This document shows, piece by piece, positions 52,178 to 60,580 of a stretch of DNA of 64,000 bases. The DNA is from Gamaleyavirus AN24P2. The translations under genes were made by a program, and so were the position numbers. The notes under the pieces are model-generated. The model was given only the letters and a program-made list of their open reading frames with translations. It was not told the origin of the DNA and did no database searches. Within the stretch, counting starts at the first letter, position 1, and every line of letters starts with the position of its first letter. The stretch lies in the sequence record OZ035810.1, one strand, 5' to 3'.

Positions 52178-52186
52178 ATTGTTTCC

Positions 52187-52441
52187 TTATTTTTTACTGA
52201 TAATGGGGTTTTTGTAATTCCAGGCTCTATTAAGCTTTTCCAGCTTAAATCCTGCATACCCTGTTTCTTTAGACAGGATTTCTTCCGCAGTGTCTATTGC
52301 GTTAATTTTGCATAAACGCCCATCTATACAGATGTTTTTAAAACTGCCTGTAGATTCTCTGTATATTCCATTGGAATCTTTCTCCAGCATAGTTGCATAC
52401 CAACTTGCCATAAGTCCTCCTGGGACAGTAATTGAAACCAA
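52187..52441 (-). CDS. small hypothetical protein
   Basis: 84-aa ORF, minus strand. Confidence 0.3.
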   Translation of the reverse strand: MVSITVPGGLMASWYATMLEKDSNGIYRESTGSFKNICIDGRLCKINAIDTAEEILSKETGYAGFKLEKLNRAWNYKNPIISKK

Positions 52442-52470
52442 AAAAAGACCTCCCGGAGGAGGTCTTAGGT

Positions 52471-52710
52471 TTACTTACTATTCTCTTCAATGAAGCGTCT
52501 CATACGTTCCTTTGCTTCATCATGTTCACGAATTGCTTCATAGTCACGAGCAAAGTAGTAAACACACCACAAACCAATTTCACTTACAAAGAACAGAATA
52601 CTAGCTCGAATGAACTGCATATCTGTTTCTACGACAAAGGCAACTTTGTATGCGTAGGTTAGTGTAAGTAAGGTACTAATTAGCATTGCGTACAGAGCTA
52701 GTTTTTTCAT
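52471..52710 (-). CDS. small membrane protein
   Basis: 79 aa with two hydrophobic helices (LALYAMLISTLLTLTYAY; FFVSEIGLWCVYYF); overlaps the thyX stop. Confidence 0.35.
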   Translation of the reverse strand: MKKLALYAMLISTLLTLTYAYKVAFVVETDMQFIRASILFFVSEIGLWCVYYFARDYEAIREHDEAKERMRRFIEENSK

Positions 52711-53651
52711 TCAGTAATAGTCTCACCGGGGATTAATTTACGGAATTGGATAAAGTGAAGCAGGTTACCTGAGTACAGATTTCCTTCTTTATCCATGGAT
52801 GTAACACCTTGTTCCCATGTAACTGGGTTCATGTTATTTATATACTTCCCACCAATATTCATAGGCGTAGCCTGATGTTCCGTTGGGGAAGCATGAATAG
52901 GTTGGTTTTCCACTAGCTTAGCAAATAAGCCAAGATCTTCTTCTATAGTAGATGGACGTCCCTCAAAGTTGTTATAGGAAGCACGGGCACAGCGTGCAGC
53001 ACTTACTTTGAGAAGTAAGCCATACACTTCTGCACCACTTGGTTCATCACGTGTAATTCGATTGTGTTTGCAGAAATCGTAAGCAGCAAAACGGTCATTA
53101 GCAGTGATATACGGCAAATGCCAGTGTCCTTGTATGAGTTTAGATGGAACACTTTCTTCGTGTGCCTTACGCATTGCCTGAGCCAGTTCACGAATTTCCG
53201 GTTGTGCATCTTTGTGGTCACGTAAGCCATAGAAATTAGCCCAGCTAGTTGAAGTTACCACTACACGGATATGTGTGAAGGGTTCCAGAATACGGTTAAC
53301 AATCTGCTTATGTACTTGTCCACGACGTAGCATTTCTGCATAGGTAGCAACACTGGATGCAGCCTGTTCCCAGATAAAGATTGCATCACTGCGTTGGTCT
53401 TCAGACAGTTCTTCAAATGCTTGCATACCTTTCTGGTTCTTACCCCAGTGACTTGGCATCACTGGTTCATTACGAACTTGTTCGATGAACTTAGCGGTGG
53501 GAATAGCACGACTGCTTGAAGCATTGCGGTTGAATACACGGTGGGTCATAAACTCACTGTGAATGAATCGGGGATAAACCAATTCAAAAGTAGTAATACG
53601 AGTTCCTGTTTCTGGGTGAACGGAATCTGCAATGACAGTTGCCTTAATCAT
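52707..53651 (-). CDS. thyX: flavin-dependent thymidylate synthase (ThyX-like)
   Basis: 314 aa; motif FMTHRVFNRNASSSR resembling the ThyX RHRx7S signature; N-terminus typical of ThyX. Confidence 0.55.
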   Translation of the reverse strand: MIKATVIADSVHPETGTRITTFELVYPRFIHSEFMTHRVFNRNASSSRAIPTAKFIEQVRNEPVMPSHWGKNQKGMQAFEELSEDQRSDAIFIWEQAASSVATYAEMLRRGQVHKQIVNRILEPFTHIRVVVTSTSWANFYGLRDHKDAQPEIRELAQAMRKAHEESVPSKLIQGHWHLPYITANDRFAAYDFCKHNRITRDEPSGAEVYGLLLKVSAARCARASYNNFEGRPSTIEEDLGLFAKLVENQPIHASPTEHQATPMNIGGKYINNMNPVTWEQGVTSMDKEGNLYSGNLLHFIQFRKLIPGETITE

Positions 53652-54094
53652 TAGAATGACCTTAAATAGTTGGTGATACCACTTCTCGTCTCTGTGATTC
53701 TCTTAACCTGAACGTATACCAGCTTAAACTCACTACGAGGTAGTTCTTGTAATACTGCCACACCTTCAGTAAGAGCCACAGAACACGCTACAGCGGTTTC
53801 TTCTTTAAAGGAGTACAAGTCTTCATACATGAGGGCTTCATACTCTTTACGGAGCATACAGAGAGCATGTCTTGCTTTATCACTTACTTCTTGTGAACCA
53901 GCAGACATAGCTAAGCTGTATATGATAAAGACTTGTTCAAAAACAAAGTCCAGTAATCTATCAGGGGTATTAGTACCCATGAATAATTTTGTTGTGTAGG
54001 AACGAGCTTTACGGTTGAGTTCATACTCATCCTCTATGCCTTTATTATAAAGAACAGGATTTCGTTCCCTTTTTCTTAGGAATGGGATACGCAT
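53651..54094 (-). CDS. hypothetical protein
   Basis: 147-aa ORF with overlapping start/stop codons with its neighbours. Confidence 0.35.
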   Translation of the reverse strand: MRIPFLRKRERNPVLYNKGIEDEYELNRKARSYTTKLFMGTNTPDRLLDFVFEQVFIIYSLAMSAGSQEVSDKARHALCMLRKEYEALMYEDLYSFKEETAVACSVALTEGVAVLQELPRSEFKLVYVQVKRITETRSGITNYLRSF

Positions 54095-54480
54095 TAGTAT
54101 TTACTACCTCTTCTATACCAGGGGTAGTGGTGAGTAGTGCTTTTACCCTTGAACAAGTCACGAGTAATGGGATTCTTTCGTAACTGCTCCAGGTATAGGT
54201 ACATGTGACCTTCTCCCGGATATGCCCAGAACTTATCTATGATTTGGTCTACCTTAGATTTCAGATGAGGTTCTGGGGGAATGTATGAGGTGGTATTAAA
54301 AGGTCTTCCAGTAGTCCATCCTTTCTGAACAAGAACCTGCATTGTTGTATAAAGATCTAATTCACTTTCATTCTCTACTTGGTCATGAATAGTTTTACCC
54401 AAAGTAAGCATTGCAGTTTGTTCCAGCTTACTTAAGTCCAGCCCATACAAGATAGACTTACCATTTCGTCTGTTTGACAT
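54094..54480 (-). CDS. hypothetical protein
   Basis: 128-aa ORF, minus strand. Confidence 0.35.
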   Translation of the reverse strand: MSNRRNGKSILYGLDLSKLEQTAMLTLGKTIHDQVENESELDLYTTMQVLVQKGWTTGRPFNTTSYIPPEPHLKSKVDQIIDKFWAYPGEGHMYLYLEQLRKNPITRDLFKGKSTTHHYPWYRRGSKY

Positions 54481-54595
54481 ACGAGTACCTGTAATTAAAA
54501 AAGCCCACGGGTTAGGTGGGCTTGGATTAGGAGAAGGATAAGCAATGAGCTGGAAGCAACTTCCAGAAGTACCCTCTTATGGATACTTCGGTTAG

Positions 54596-54874
54596 TTACT
54601 CTGCTTTACTGCCACCATTGGTTTGAACAACAGTTACATTTGTAACCTGGTTCTGACCTTTGTTGGACAGTGACCAAATCAGTGCCACTACCCAGAATAC
54701 CAGTGACCAGCCTAATACGATATTAAGCACACCAATACCCCACTTAGAGGCATGGCCTCGTGCAAAAGCAATGATAGTAGGGATAAGGTACACAGCTAAT
54801 ACAAATAACAGAACAAGGATTGCTGCTAAAGATTCCATGATGGTTCCTATGTGAGGTTGAGTTAGTTTCTTCAC
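54596..54874 (-). CDS. superinfection-immunity-type membrane protein (Imm-like)
   Basis: 92 aa; YLIPTIIAFARGHASKWGIGVLNIVLGWSLVFWVVALIWSL matches the Imm superinfection-immunity family signature. Confidence 0.55.
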   Translation of the reverse strand: MKKLTQPHIGTIMESLAAILVLLFVLAVYLIPTIIAFARGHASKWGIGVLNIVLGWSLVFWVVALIWSLSNKGQNQVTNVTVVQTNGGSKAE

Positions 54875-54911
54875 AAATAGCCCAACTATGCTGGGCTATT
54901 TAGGCAGCTAC

Positions 54912-55115
54912 TTACTCAGAATCTTTGCTTGCAGGAGCAATGGCTTTTTTCAGGTAACCACGTACAGAACGATAGCTTTCTTTTACTGGCACAGTACGAC
55001 CATCAATCAGATGGATTACAGCACCGACCGATGTTTCATCTACGTCTACTACGTTAGATGCAACAATAGTTTTACGCACGGTACTGCCAACAGGAGTTAC
55101 TTGAAATACTGACAT
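54912..55115 (-). CDS. small hypothetical protein
   Basis: 67-aa ORF, minus strand. Confidence 0.3.
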   Translation of the reverse strand: MSVFQVTPVGSTVRKTIVASNVVDVDETSVGAVIHLIDGRTVPVKESYRSVRGYLKKAIAPASKDSE

Positions 55116-55145
55116 GTTGTTTCCTTAATTAAGCCGGATAGCCTT

Positions 55146-55652
55146 TTATTTTGAAGGTCTAGCGGCTACTGGTTTGTTTTCCTGGTCCTGATACTTGCCA
55201 TTGTAATTAGCAGGTTCCTGAACCAGATGAAATAATACTTGAGCTATCCCAGCACCAGCCGGGATATGCAATTTCTTACGACCATGATAGACCAGTTCGA
55301 GAGTAAGATACCCTTTCCATCCTGGTTCTATTACAGTATTGAACACTGATAATGCACGTCTTGCCCAGGTAGACTTATCGTGAACGATAGCTACACAGGA
55401 CGGGGACATGTTGAACTTCTCAATTGCTGAAGCCAAGGCGAACTTACCGAGATGGCGTGATACTTGATTCCCATCAATGACTTTCACCATTGGAATCAAC
55501 CCAAATAAGCGATAGAAGGTAATATCTTGTTTGATACGAATATCGTAACCAGCTTCACCCAATCCATAGCTTACGCCATGCTCTGATACCTTACGGTCTG
55601 GGACATCCAGCAACTGAGATGAACGGTATAGGGAATTACCATTAACAACCAT
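55146..55652 (-). CDS. dCTP deaminase / dUTPase-superfamily protein
   Basis: 168 aa; motifs GYDIRI, VIEPGWKGYLTLEL and C-terminal YNGKYQDQ resemble the dCTP deaminase signatures. Confidence 0.55.
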   Translation of the reverse strand: MVVNGNSLYRSSQLLDVPDRKVSEHGVSYGLGEAGYDIRIKQDITFYRLFGLIPMVKVIDGNQVSRHLGKFALASAIEKFNMSPSCVAIVHDKSTWARRALSVFNTVIEPGWKGYLTLELVYHGRKKLHIPAGAGIAQVLFHLVQEPANYNGKYQDQENKPVAARPSK

Positions 55653-56827
55653 TATTTCATTCCTTTAGGGATATGAACTACCTCCCCAAAAGGTACGGTA
55701 GCATTGGGATTATTCAGAACACACCAGATGACGGGGATATCAAATGGTAATTCTTCCATTGGATGAACATACATATCAGAGAATATGATTGCAGCGGTTG
55801 GCTTATTCTTAATAATCCAATCGCGTACTGGTTCTAGGTTTGTACCACCCCGACCGGTAATCTTAATTTCCTCAAAAGTATCTTCTTCAGTGATGTCTAT
55901 TTCTTCCTGGATAACATCGTCGAAGGTAATTAGGGACATCTTCTTAGGGTTGAATTGGCTCTTAACGTAGGCAACCTCTGAGTTAAAACGCAGAGAGTCT
56001 GCACTACTAATAGAACCAGATACATCTTCAAAGTAAGCCAAGTGTCGTAAACGTCCTTCATCATCTTCCATGGAAGGTAGGTAGATGTCAGTGTAACGAC
56101 GGTTAGGTCTGGCCCACGTATAATGAGTATCGTCGATGTCAGTAAAGAAGTTCATCAGGACTTCTTGCCAAGGAACTACTGGTTTAAGGAATTGGGTAAT
56201 AACCTCTTCCATACGCCCAGCACCTTTACCGGGCATCATTCCACCAGCCATCTTCTGGCTTTGCATCGCACGTACTACGTTGTTGACGACAGCACCCTGG
56301 GACTGCCCCGAAGAGGGGGATTTCATGTCGCCAGCAAGACCTGCTCCAGCACCCCCTGACGGCTTCTGCCTTTTCTGAGGATTCTTCATCAGGTCATCGT
56401 AGATGTCTTCTTCGACCCATCCTTTATATTGGGGGTCTTTGCAAATGCCTTCATTGATACCAGTGAACTTGTAACCATCTTCTTCTAACTGAAGGTTAAT
56501 GAAGTGGTCACATGCCTGGTTCCAGACTTCTGGGTCACGGCTTCCACGACGAATGCCATGCAGATATGCCACATGCCAGAGTTCGTGCATTAACACTGTT
56601 TCTCTGGCATCTGGACACATCCAGATAAAGAAATCTGGATTGAAATGGAGTTCTATCCCATCAGTACATGCAGTGGGGCAATCCTCACGTTTCCATGAGA
56701 ACTTAAGGCTACATAGTAATGAACCAAAGAACGCAGCAGACTTGCCTAGGAAAGCCTGAGCTTGAATACGATCATATTCGCGCATTAGTTGTTCATCACT
56801 AAGGGAGTGCTGAGGAAATTGGTTCAT
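55652..56827 (-). CDS. vWA-domain protein with N-terminal HExxH metallopeptidase-like motif
   Basis: 391 aa; HELWH motif near the N-terminus; MIDAS-like FEDVSGSIS in the C-terminal half; directly downstream of an AAA+ ATPase. Confidence 0.5.
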   Translation of the reverse strand: MNQFPQHSLSDEQLMREYDRIQAQAFLGKSAAFFGSLLCSLKFSWKREDCPTACTDGIELHFNPDFFIWMCPDARETVLMHELWHVAYLHGIRRGSRDPEVWNQACDHFINLQLEEDGYKFTGINEGICKDPQYKGWVEEDIYDDLMKNPQKRQKPSGGAGAGLAGDMKSPSSGQSQGAVVNNVVRAMQSQKMAGGMMPGKGAGRMEEVITQFLKPVVPWQEVLMNFFTDIDDTHYTWARPNRRYTDIYLPSMEDDEGRLRHLAYFEDVSGSISSADSLRFNSEVAYVKSQFNPKKMSLITFDDVIQEEIDITEEDTFEEIKITGRGGTNLEPVRDWIIKNKPTAAIIFSDMYVHPMEELPFDIPVIWCVLNNPNATVPFGEVVHIPKGMK

Positions 56828-56831
56828 TGTT

Positions 56832-57884
56832 TTATCCGTGAATGTAGCGAGAGATGTTAGCAGCAGCCTTACGCCATTCAGGGGTAGCCTGAAGTTCTGG
56901 TAATGCTCTGCCTACTGTACGGAAGTACAGAATCTTATGGGTGAACGTTTTAAAACGCTCAATGTACTGAAGAACATCAGCGAAGTTTTCTTCAGTGGTT
57001 TTGTTAGCCAGATGGTTAACGGTAGCCCAACACAGGTTATTATCTTCCGGTAGTGCACAGCCCAGCGGGTCTTTGACTACTTTCTCAATCGTAATCATAC
57101 GATTATACACCTGTGTAAACTGAACAAACTCTGTAGCCTTACCGGCAGTAACGTGGCCTGCATAGTAGATAGAATCTTCATCTGGCAGAGCACCTTCAGG
57201 ACGGTTCTTGAGGTCTTTGTTAACAAAGTCCCAGGTACGAGGGCAGCAGAACGTTTTGTTCTTATGGGCTGGGTCGAAGTCATGCAGATAACCAGGGTTA
57301 GCATGTAGGAATGCAACCAGACGTTCATCCCATTCTTGAGGAATCATTACGTCTTCAACAAAGATGTCGAAGTTAAGTTCCATTTCGAAGTGGACAACAC
57401 GAGACTGCATTGCAGTACCCAGTGGGTTAACAATTGCACGGTCAGTAGCTTTGTTACCTGCACAGATAATCATCACATTAGGATGAAGTTTTTTCTGACC
57501 AGTCATACGGTCTAGAATCAGTTTGTATGCAGCAGCTATTACTTCTTTGCGAGCAGATGGGAACTCGTCAAGGAATAAGAGCCAGCCATTATACCCTTCT
57601 GGTATTTCATCCCCCTCAATAGGGAATAAGTCAGCGAATGGGATAAACTCTGCACGGTCACCATTACGGAATGGTAAACCAGATAAGTCTTCCGGGGCAG
57701 AAGTAGACAGACGATGGTCTATCAGCTTCATACCAAATTCTTCTGCAACAGAACGAATAATTGCAGATTTACCCATGCCTGGTGATGAAGTCAGGAACGG
57801 TACGTTACCTGCTTGTAGGGCACGAATAATAAAGTTACGGGCCTGACGTGTATTACATACGGTCAGTGAGTCAATGCTCGCCAT
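56832..57884 (-). CDS. AAA+ ATPase (MoxR-like)
   Basis: 350 aa; Walker A TSSPGMGKSA, Walker B LLFLDEF; operonic with the vWA protein. Confidence 0.6.
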   Translation of the reverse strand: MASIDSLTVCNTRQARNFIIRALQAGNVPFLTSSPGMGKSAIIRSVAEEFGMKLIDHRLSTSAPEDLSGLPFRNGDRAEFIPFADLFPIEGDEIPEGYNGWLLFLDEFPSARKEVIAAAYKLILDRMTGQKKLHPNVMIICAGNKATDRAIVNPLGTAMQSRVVHFEMELNFDIFVEDVMIPQEWDERLVAFLHANPGYLHDFDPAHKNKTFCCPRTWDFVNKDLKNRPEGALPDEDSIYYAGHVTAGKATEFVQFTQVYNRMITIEKVVKDPLGCALPEDNNLCWATVNHLANKTTEENFADVLQYIERFKTFTHKILYFRTVGRALPELQATPEWRKAAANISRYIHG

Positions 57885-57918
57885 TTACTTACTCTCCTAA
57901 AGTTAATGGAATTATTAA

Positions 57919-58245
57919 TTAAGATTTAATACATGGGTATGCTGTATCAATCGCCAACAGAACCATGTCTGATGGTACTTTTACTGCATTAACCTTTCGG
58001 TCGTACAGAATAATAGTGGCTACTTTGTCAAAGACATTTCCCAGCTTCATATTATCTGGTACGCAGTTTTTACCTGCTTCTACACCCATAGTAACCATAC
58101 CCATGAAGTAACCCTGGTTCACAAAGTTTGAATTATTAGCTTTGTAGTCAGCAGCAGCTTCCAACAAAGTTGCACGACTGGATGCTTGAGCACCGAATGA
58201 CAAAACTGATAAAGCTACTAGGACAACAGCAATTAAAGTTTTCAT
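57919..58245 (-). CDS. secreted/periplasmic small protein
   Basis: 108 aa; N-terminal signal peptide MKTLIAVVLVALSVLSFGAQA; two Cys in the mature part. Confidence 0.45.
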   Translation of the reverse strand: MKTLIAVVLVALSVLSFGAQASSRATLLEAAADYKANNSNFVNQGYFMGMVTMGVEAGKNCVPDNMKLGNVFDKVATIILYDRKVNAVKVPSDMVLLAIDTAYPCIKS

Positions 58246-58430
58246 TTAGTTACCTTTGATTCGTTGAGTTGAAGTACTCCGGTAGGGGTTAATGACCACC
58301 CAATACCAGTATTGAATTGCACTAAGCCCAGTTTTTTAAGAGACTGTGCGGTTTTGTTATTACGGTTGCTGGTGGCAGAACCACCTTGAACCATACGAAG
58401 GAAGATTGCTTGGGACTGAGTAAGTTTCAA
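58242..58430 (-). CDS. small hypothetical protein
   Basis: 62-aa ORF, start/stop overlapping its neighbours. Confidence 0.3.
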   Translation of the reverse strand: MKLTQSQAIFLRMVQGGSATSNRNNKTAQSLKKLGLVQFNTGIGWSLTPTGVLQLNESKVTK

Positions 58431-58636
58431 AGATAGTATCCTTCCAGGTTTATTGGAGTTACAAATGTACTTGCTGACAGACAGAAAGACTTGCCAGTCT
58501 CTACAGCAACAGCAGCAGGTTTACCATCAGGTAAGGTAACTTTTAGGCATACCGTCTGCATATAAATAAAACCATTGGCAGGTTGTACATCGCCAAAAGT
58601 TACCTCATTGTTTTCAGAACGATTTGTTACTTTCAT
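58427..58636 (-). CDS. small hypothetical protein
   Basis: 69-aa ORF, overlapping start/stop codons. Confidence 0.3.
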   Translation of the reverse strand: MKVTNRSENNEVTFGDVQPANGFIYMQTVCLKVTLPDGKPAAVAVETGKSFCLSASTFVTPINLEGYYL

Positions 58637-58821
58637 TTCTTCTCCGGTACGAACTGCATTACGCAGTTTTGATTACGAGGGATATTCAATTCACATTCAT
58701 GCTTGAGGGTTTGCGTTACAGAATTTGGTGTAGAACCAAAGTAGGTATTAGAAATAGCTACAAATCCTGCACCTATTAAACCACCCAGTAAGAATGAGAA
58801 GAATGCAATCTCTTTATACAT
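58633..58821 (-). CDS. small membrane protein
   Basis: 62 aa with N-terminal TM helix IAFFSFLLGGLIGAGFVAI. Confidence 0.35.
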   Translation of the reverse strand: MYKEIAFFSFLLGGLIGAGFVAISNTYFGSTPNSVTQTLKHECELNIPRNQNCVMQFVPEKK

Positions 58822-58925
58822 TTCCTGGTTCCAGAATGTTTAAGCCAAAAAAAGACCTCCCTTCAATAGGGAGGTCAATAGATATCAAAGGAATGTTATG
58901 GGTTTTATCAACCCAAATAAAGCAA

Positions 58926-59240
58926 TCAGGATTGCGTAGCAAGCCAATCCAGATATTCTTCTGGGTCATCGAAGTATTCATTACCATCTTCATAGAACCA
59001 GTCAACCCAACGGTCTTCTAGTTCCATATCGACTAGGTCTTGGTCAGTGAGGGACTCATCCCACATCTCAATACCGTTAGCATTAGCATAATCGCCTTTG
59101 ACATTGTTCTCATACTGAAATAGGTCATAGTCTGCTAATGCATTCTTAATCTTAACAGCTTCCTGAAGACTGTCTGTTTCTACATGAAATGCCTTCATTG
59201 GCACTTGAGGAATGTGCCATACACGCAATTTTTGTGTCAT
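58926..59240 (-). CDS. acidic aromatic-rich small protein
   Basis: ORF-track start 59315 is TTG; ATG at 59240 has an AGGAG RBS; C-terminus DWFYEDGNEYFDDPEEYLDWL. Confidence 0.4.
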   Translation of the reverse strand: MTQKLRVWHIPQVPMKAFHVETDSLQEAVKIKNALADYDLFQYENNVKGDYANANGIEMWDESLTDQDLVDMELEDRWVDWFYEDGNEYFDDPEEYLDWLATQS

Positions 59241-59304
59241 TTTTACTCTCCTATAAATACAAGAAGCCCTCACAAGGAGGGCTTTAACCAAATAAAGACT
59301 ACTA

Positions 59305-60138
59305 TTATTCTGCAACAGTAATAGCGATGGTTACATCGACCTTACCATTGGTAACTACTACAGAAGTAGCTTCCCCAGCAGCCACAGGTTTAACTGTTAG
59401 TACGTTACCAGCAATTGTAGCTGTAGCACGGGCAGAATCCGGAGCAGTCTTGATAGACAAAGTACCAGCAGAAGAACCAACAGGCATAGTAGCAATGGTT
59501 ACAGTCTTACCGGCAGCAGTATCAGCAGCAACAGACAGAGCCAGTGAATCTGGGGTAGCTACCAGAGAGCTTGCTTCGTAGTAGCCTACAGCCAGCAGTG
59601 ACTCATCTTCTACCGTGGTTCCATTAGCATCAGTAACAATCACTTTATAAGTACCAGCAGAAGCAGCTGTTACGTTATTAAGTGTCAATGTTGCAGTAGC
59701 AGCAGATGCGTTATCACCAGAATCAATATCAGTGAATACTGCACCAGCAGTATCAGCTTTGAATTGCCATTTATAAGTAAATGGAGCTTTACCACCTGCT
59801 ACATCAACATGCCAGTTAACATCTTCACCTTCGATAGTGGAGACTAAACGAGGCAGTTTGGTAGCAATAGTCAGTTGTGGAGTAGCTTTCATATCAATAG
59901 AGATGGCTTGCATATCCACAATGTTGTTAGGCCAGAAGCCTGCTTTAGAAGGGTCTTTAGCAGAACGTTTGTACAGCAGATCACGAACCCCATGAAAGAT
60001 AACTAAGCTATCTGGGTAAGTGGCATCTGGATGTACAAAAGTACCTACTTCTACTGAACCACCTGGAATAGAACCACCTGCATCCAGTACAGTTGCAACA
60101 TTGGTGGTTTTGTTAAAACCTACTTTTAAAGTTGGCAT
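59305..60138 (-). CDS. Ig-like domain protein (possible capsid decoration protein)
   Basis: 277 aa; Thr/Ala/Val-rich beta-strand repeats (ATATLTLNNVTAASAGTYKVIVTDANGTT) typical of bacterial Ig-like domains. Confidence 0.4.
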   Translation of the reverse strand: MPTLKVGFNKTTNVATVLDAGGSIPGGSVEVGTFVHPDATYPDSLVIFHGVRDLLYKRSAKDPSKAGFWPNNIVDMQAISIDMKATPQLTIATKLPRLVSTIEGEDVNWHVDVAGGKAPFTYKWQFKADTAGAVFTDIDSGDNASAATATLTLNNVTAASAGTYKVIVTDANGTTVEDESLLAVGYYEASSLVATPDSLALSVAADTAAGKTVTIATMPVGSSAGTLSIKTAPDSARATATIAGNVLTVKPVAAGEATSVVVTNGKVDVTIAITVAE

Positions 60139-60212
60139 ATGAATTTCCTCTTAAGTAAATAGCAGGGTTAGTATACACGATGGGTAAAAATAAAAACCCT
60201 CCATTAGGAGGG

Positions 60213-60479
60213 TTAGATAATTACATAGTAGATAGCAAAAGCTATCCATCCTGCCATTACAAAGCAGCCAAGTGAGTATGCTCCATAGTAACAGTAAGCA
60301 AACTTAGACTTGTGGGCACGAACTATCGTAGCCAGAACCAGTACAGATAAAACTATCAGTATTATCTGAGAGATTACTTCAAAAGGGATTAGCATAGTTA
60401 TTACCTCCAAGCAAAAAATAAAGCCCCACTCCCGAAGGAATGAGGCTAGTTTATTAATACACTTGCACAGTCCAGCCAT
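60213..60479 (-). CDS. small membrane protein
   Basis: 88 aa; two hydrophobic helices. Confidence 0.3.
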   Translation of the reverse strand: MAGLCKCINKLASFLREWGFIFCLEVITMLIPFEVISQIILIVLSVLVLATIVRAHKSKFAYCYYGAYSLGCFVMAGWIAFAIYYVII

Positions 60480-60580
60480 TGTAAGAATCTACAAAGACAA
60501 TCCAGTCATCTTCTGCCCATAGTCTAGAACAAACTCCTGGGACTTTGAATCTGTATAAACCTTGTCTATAAGCTTCTTTT

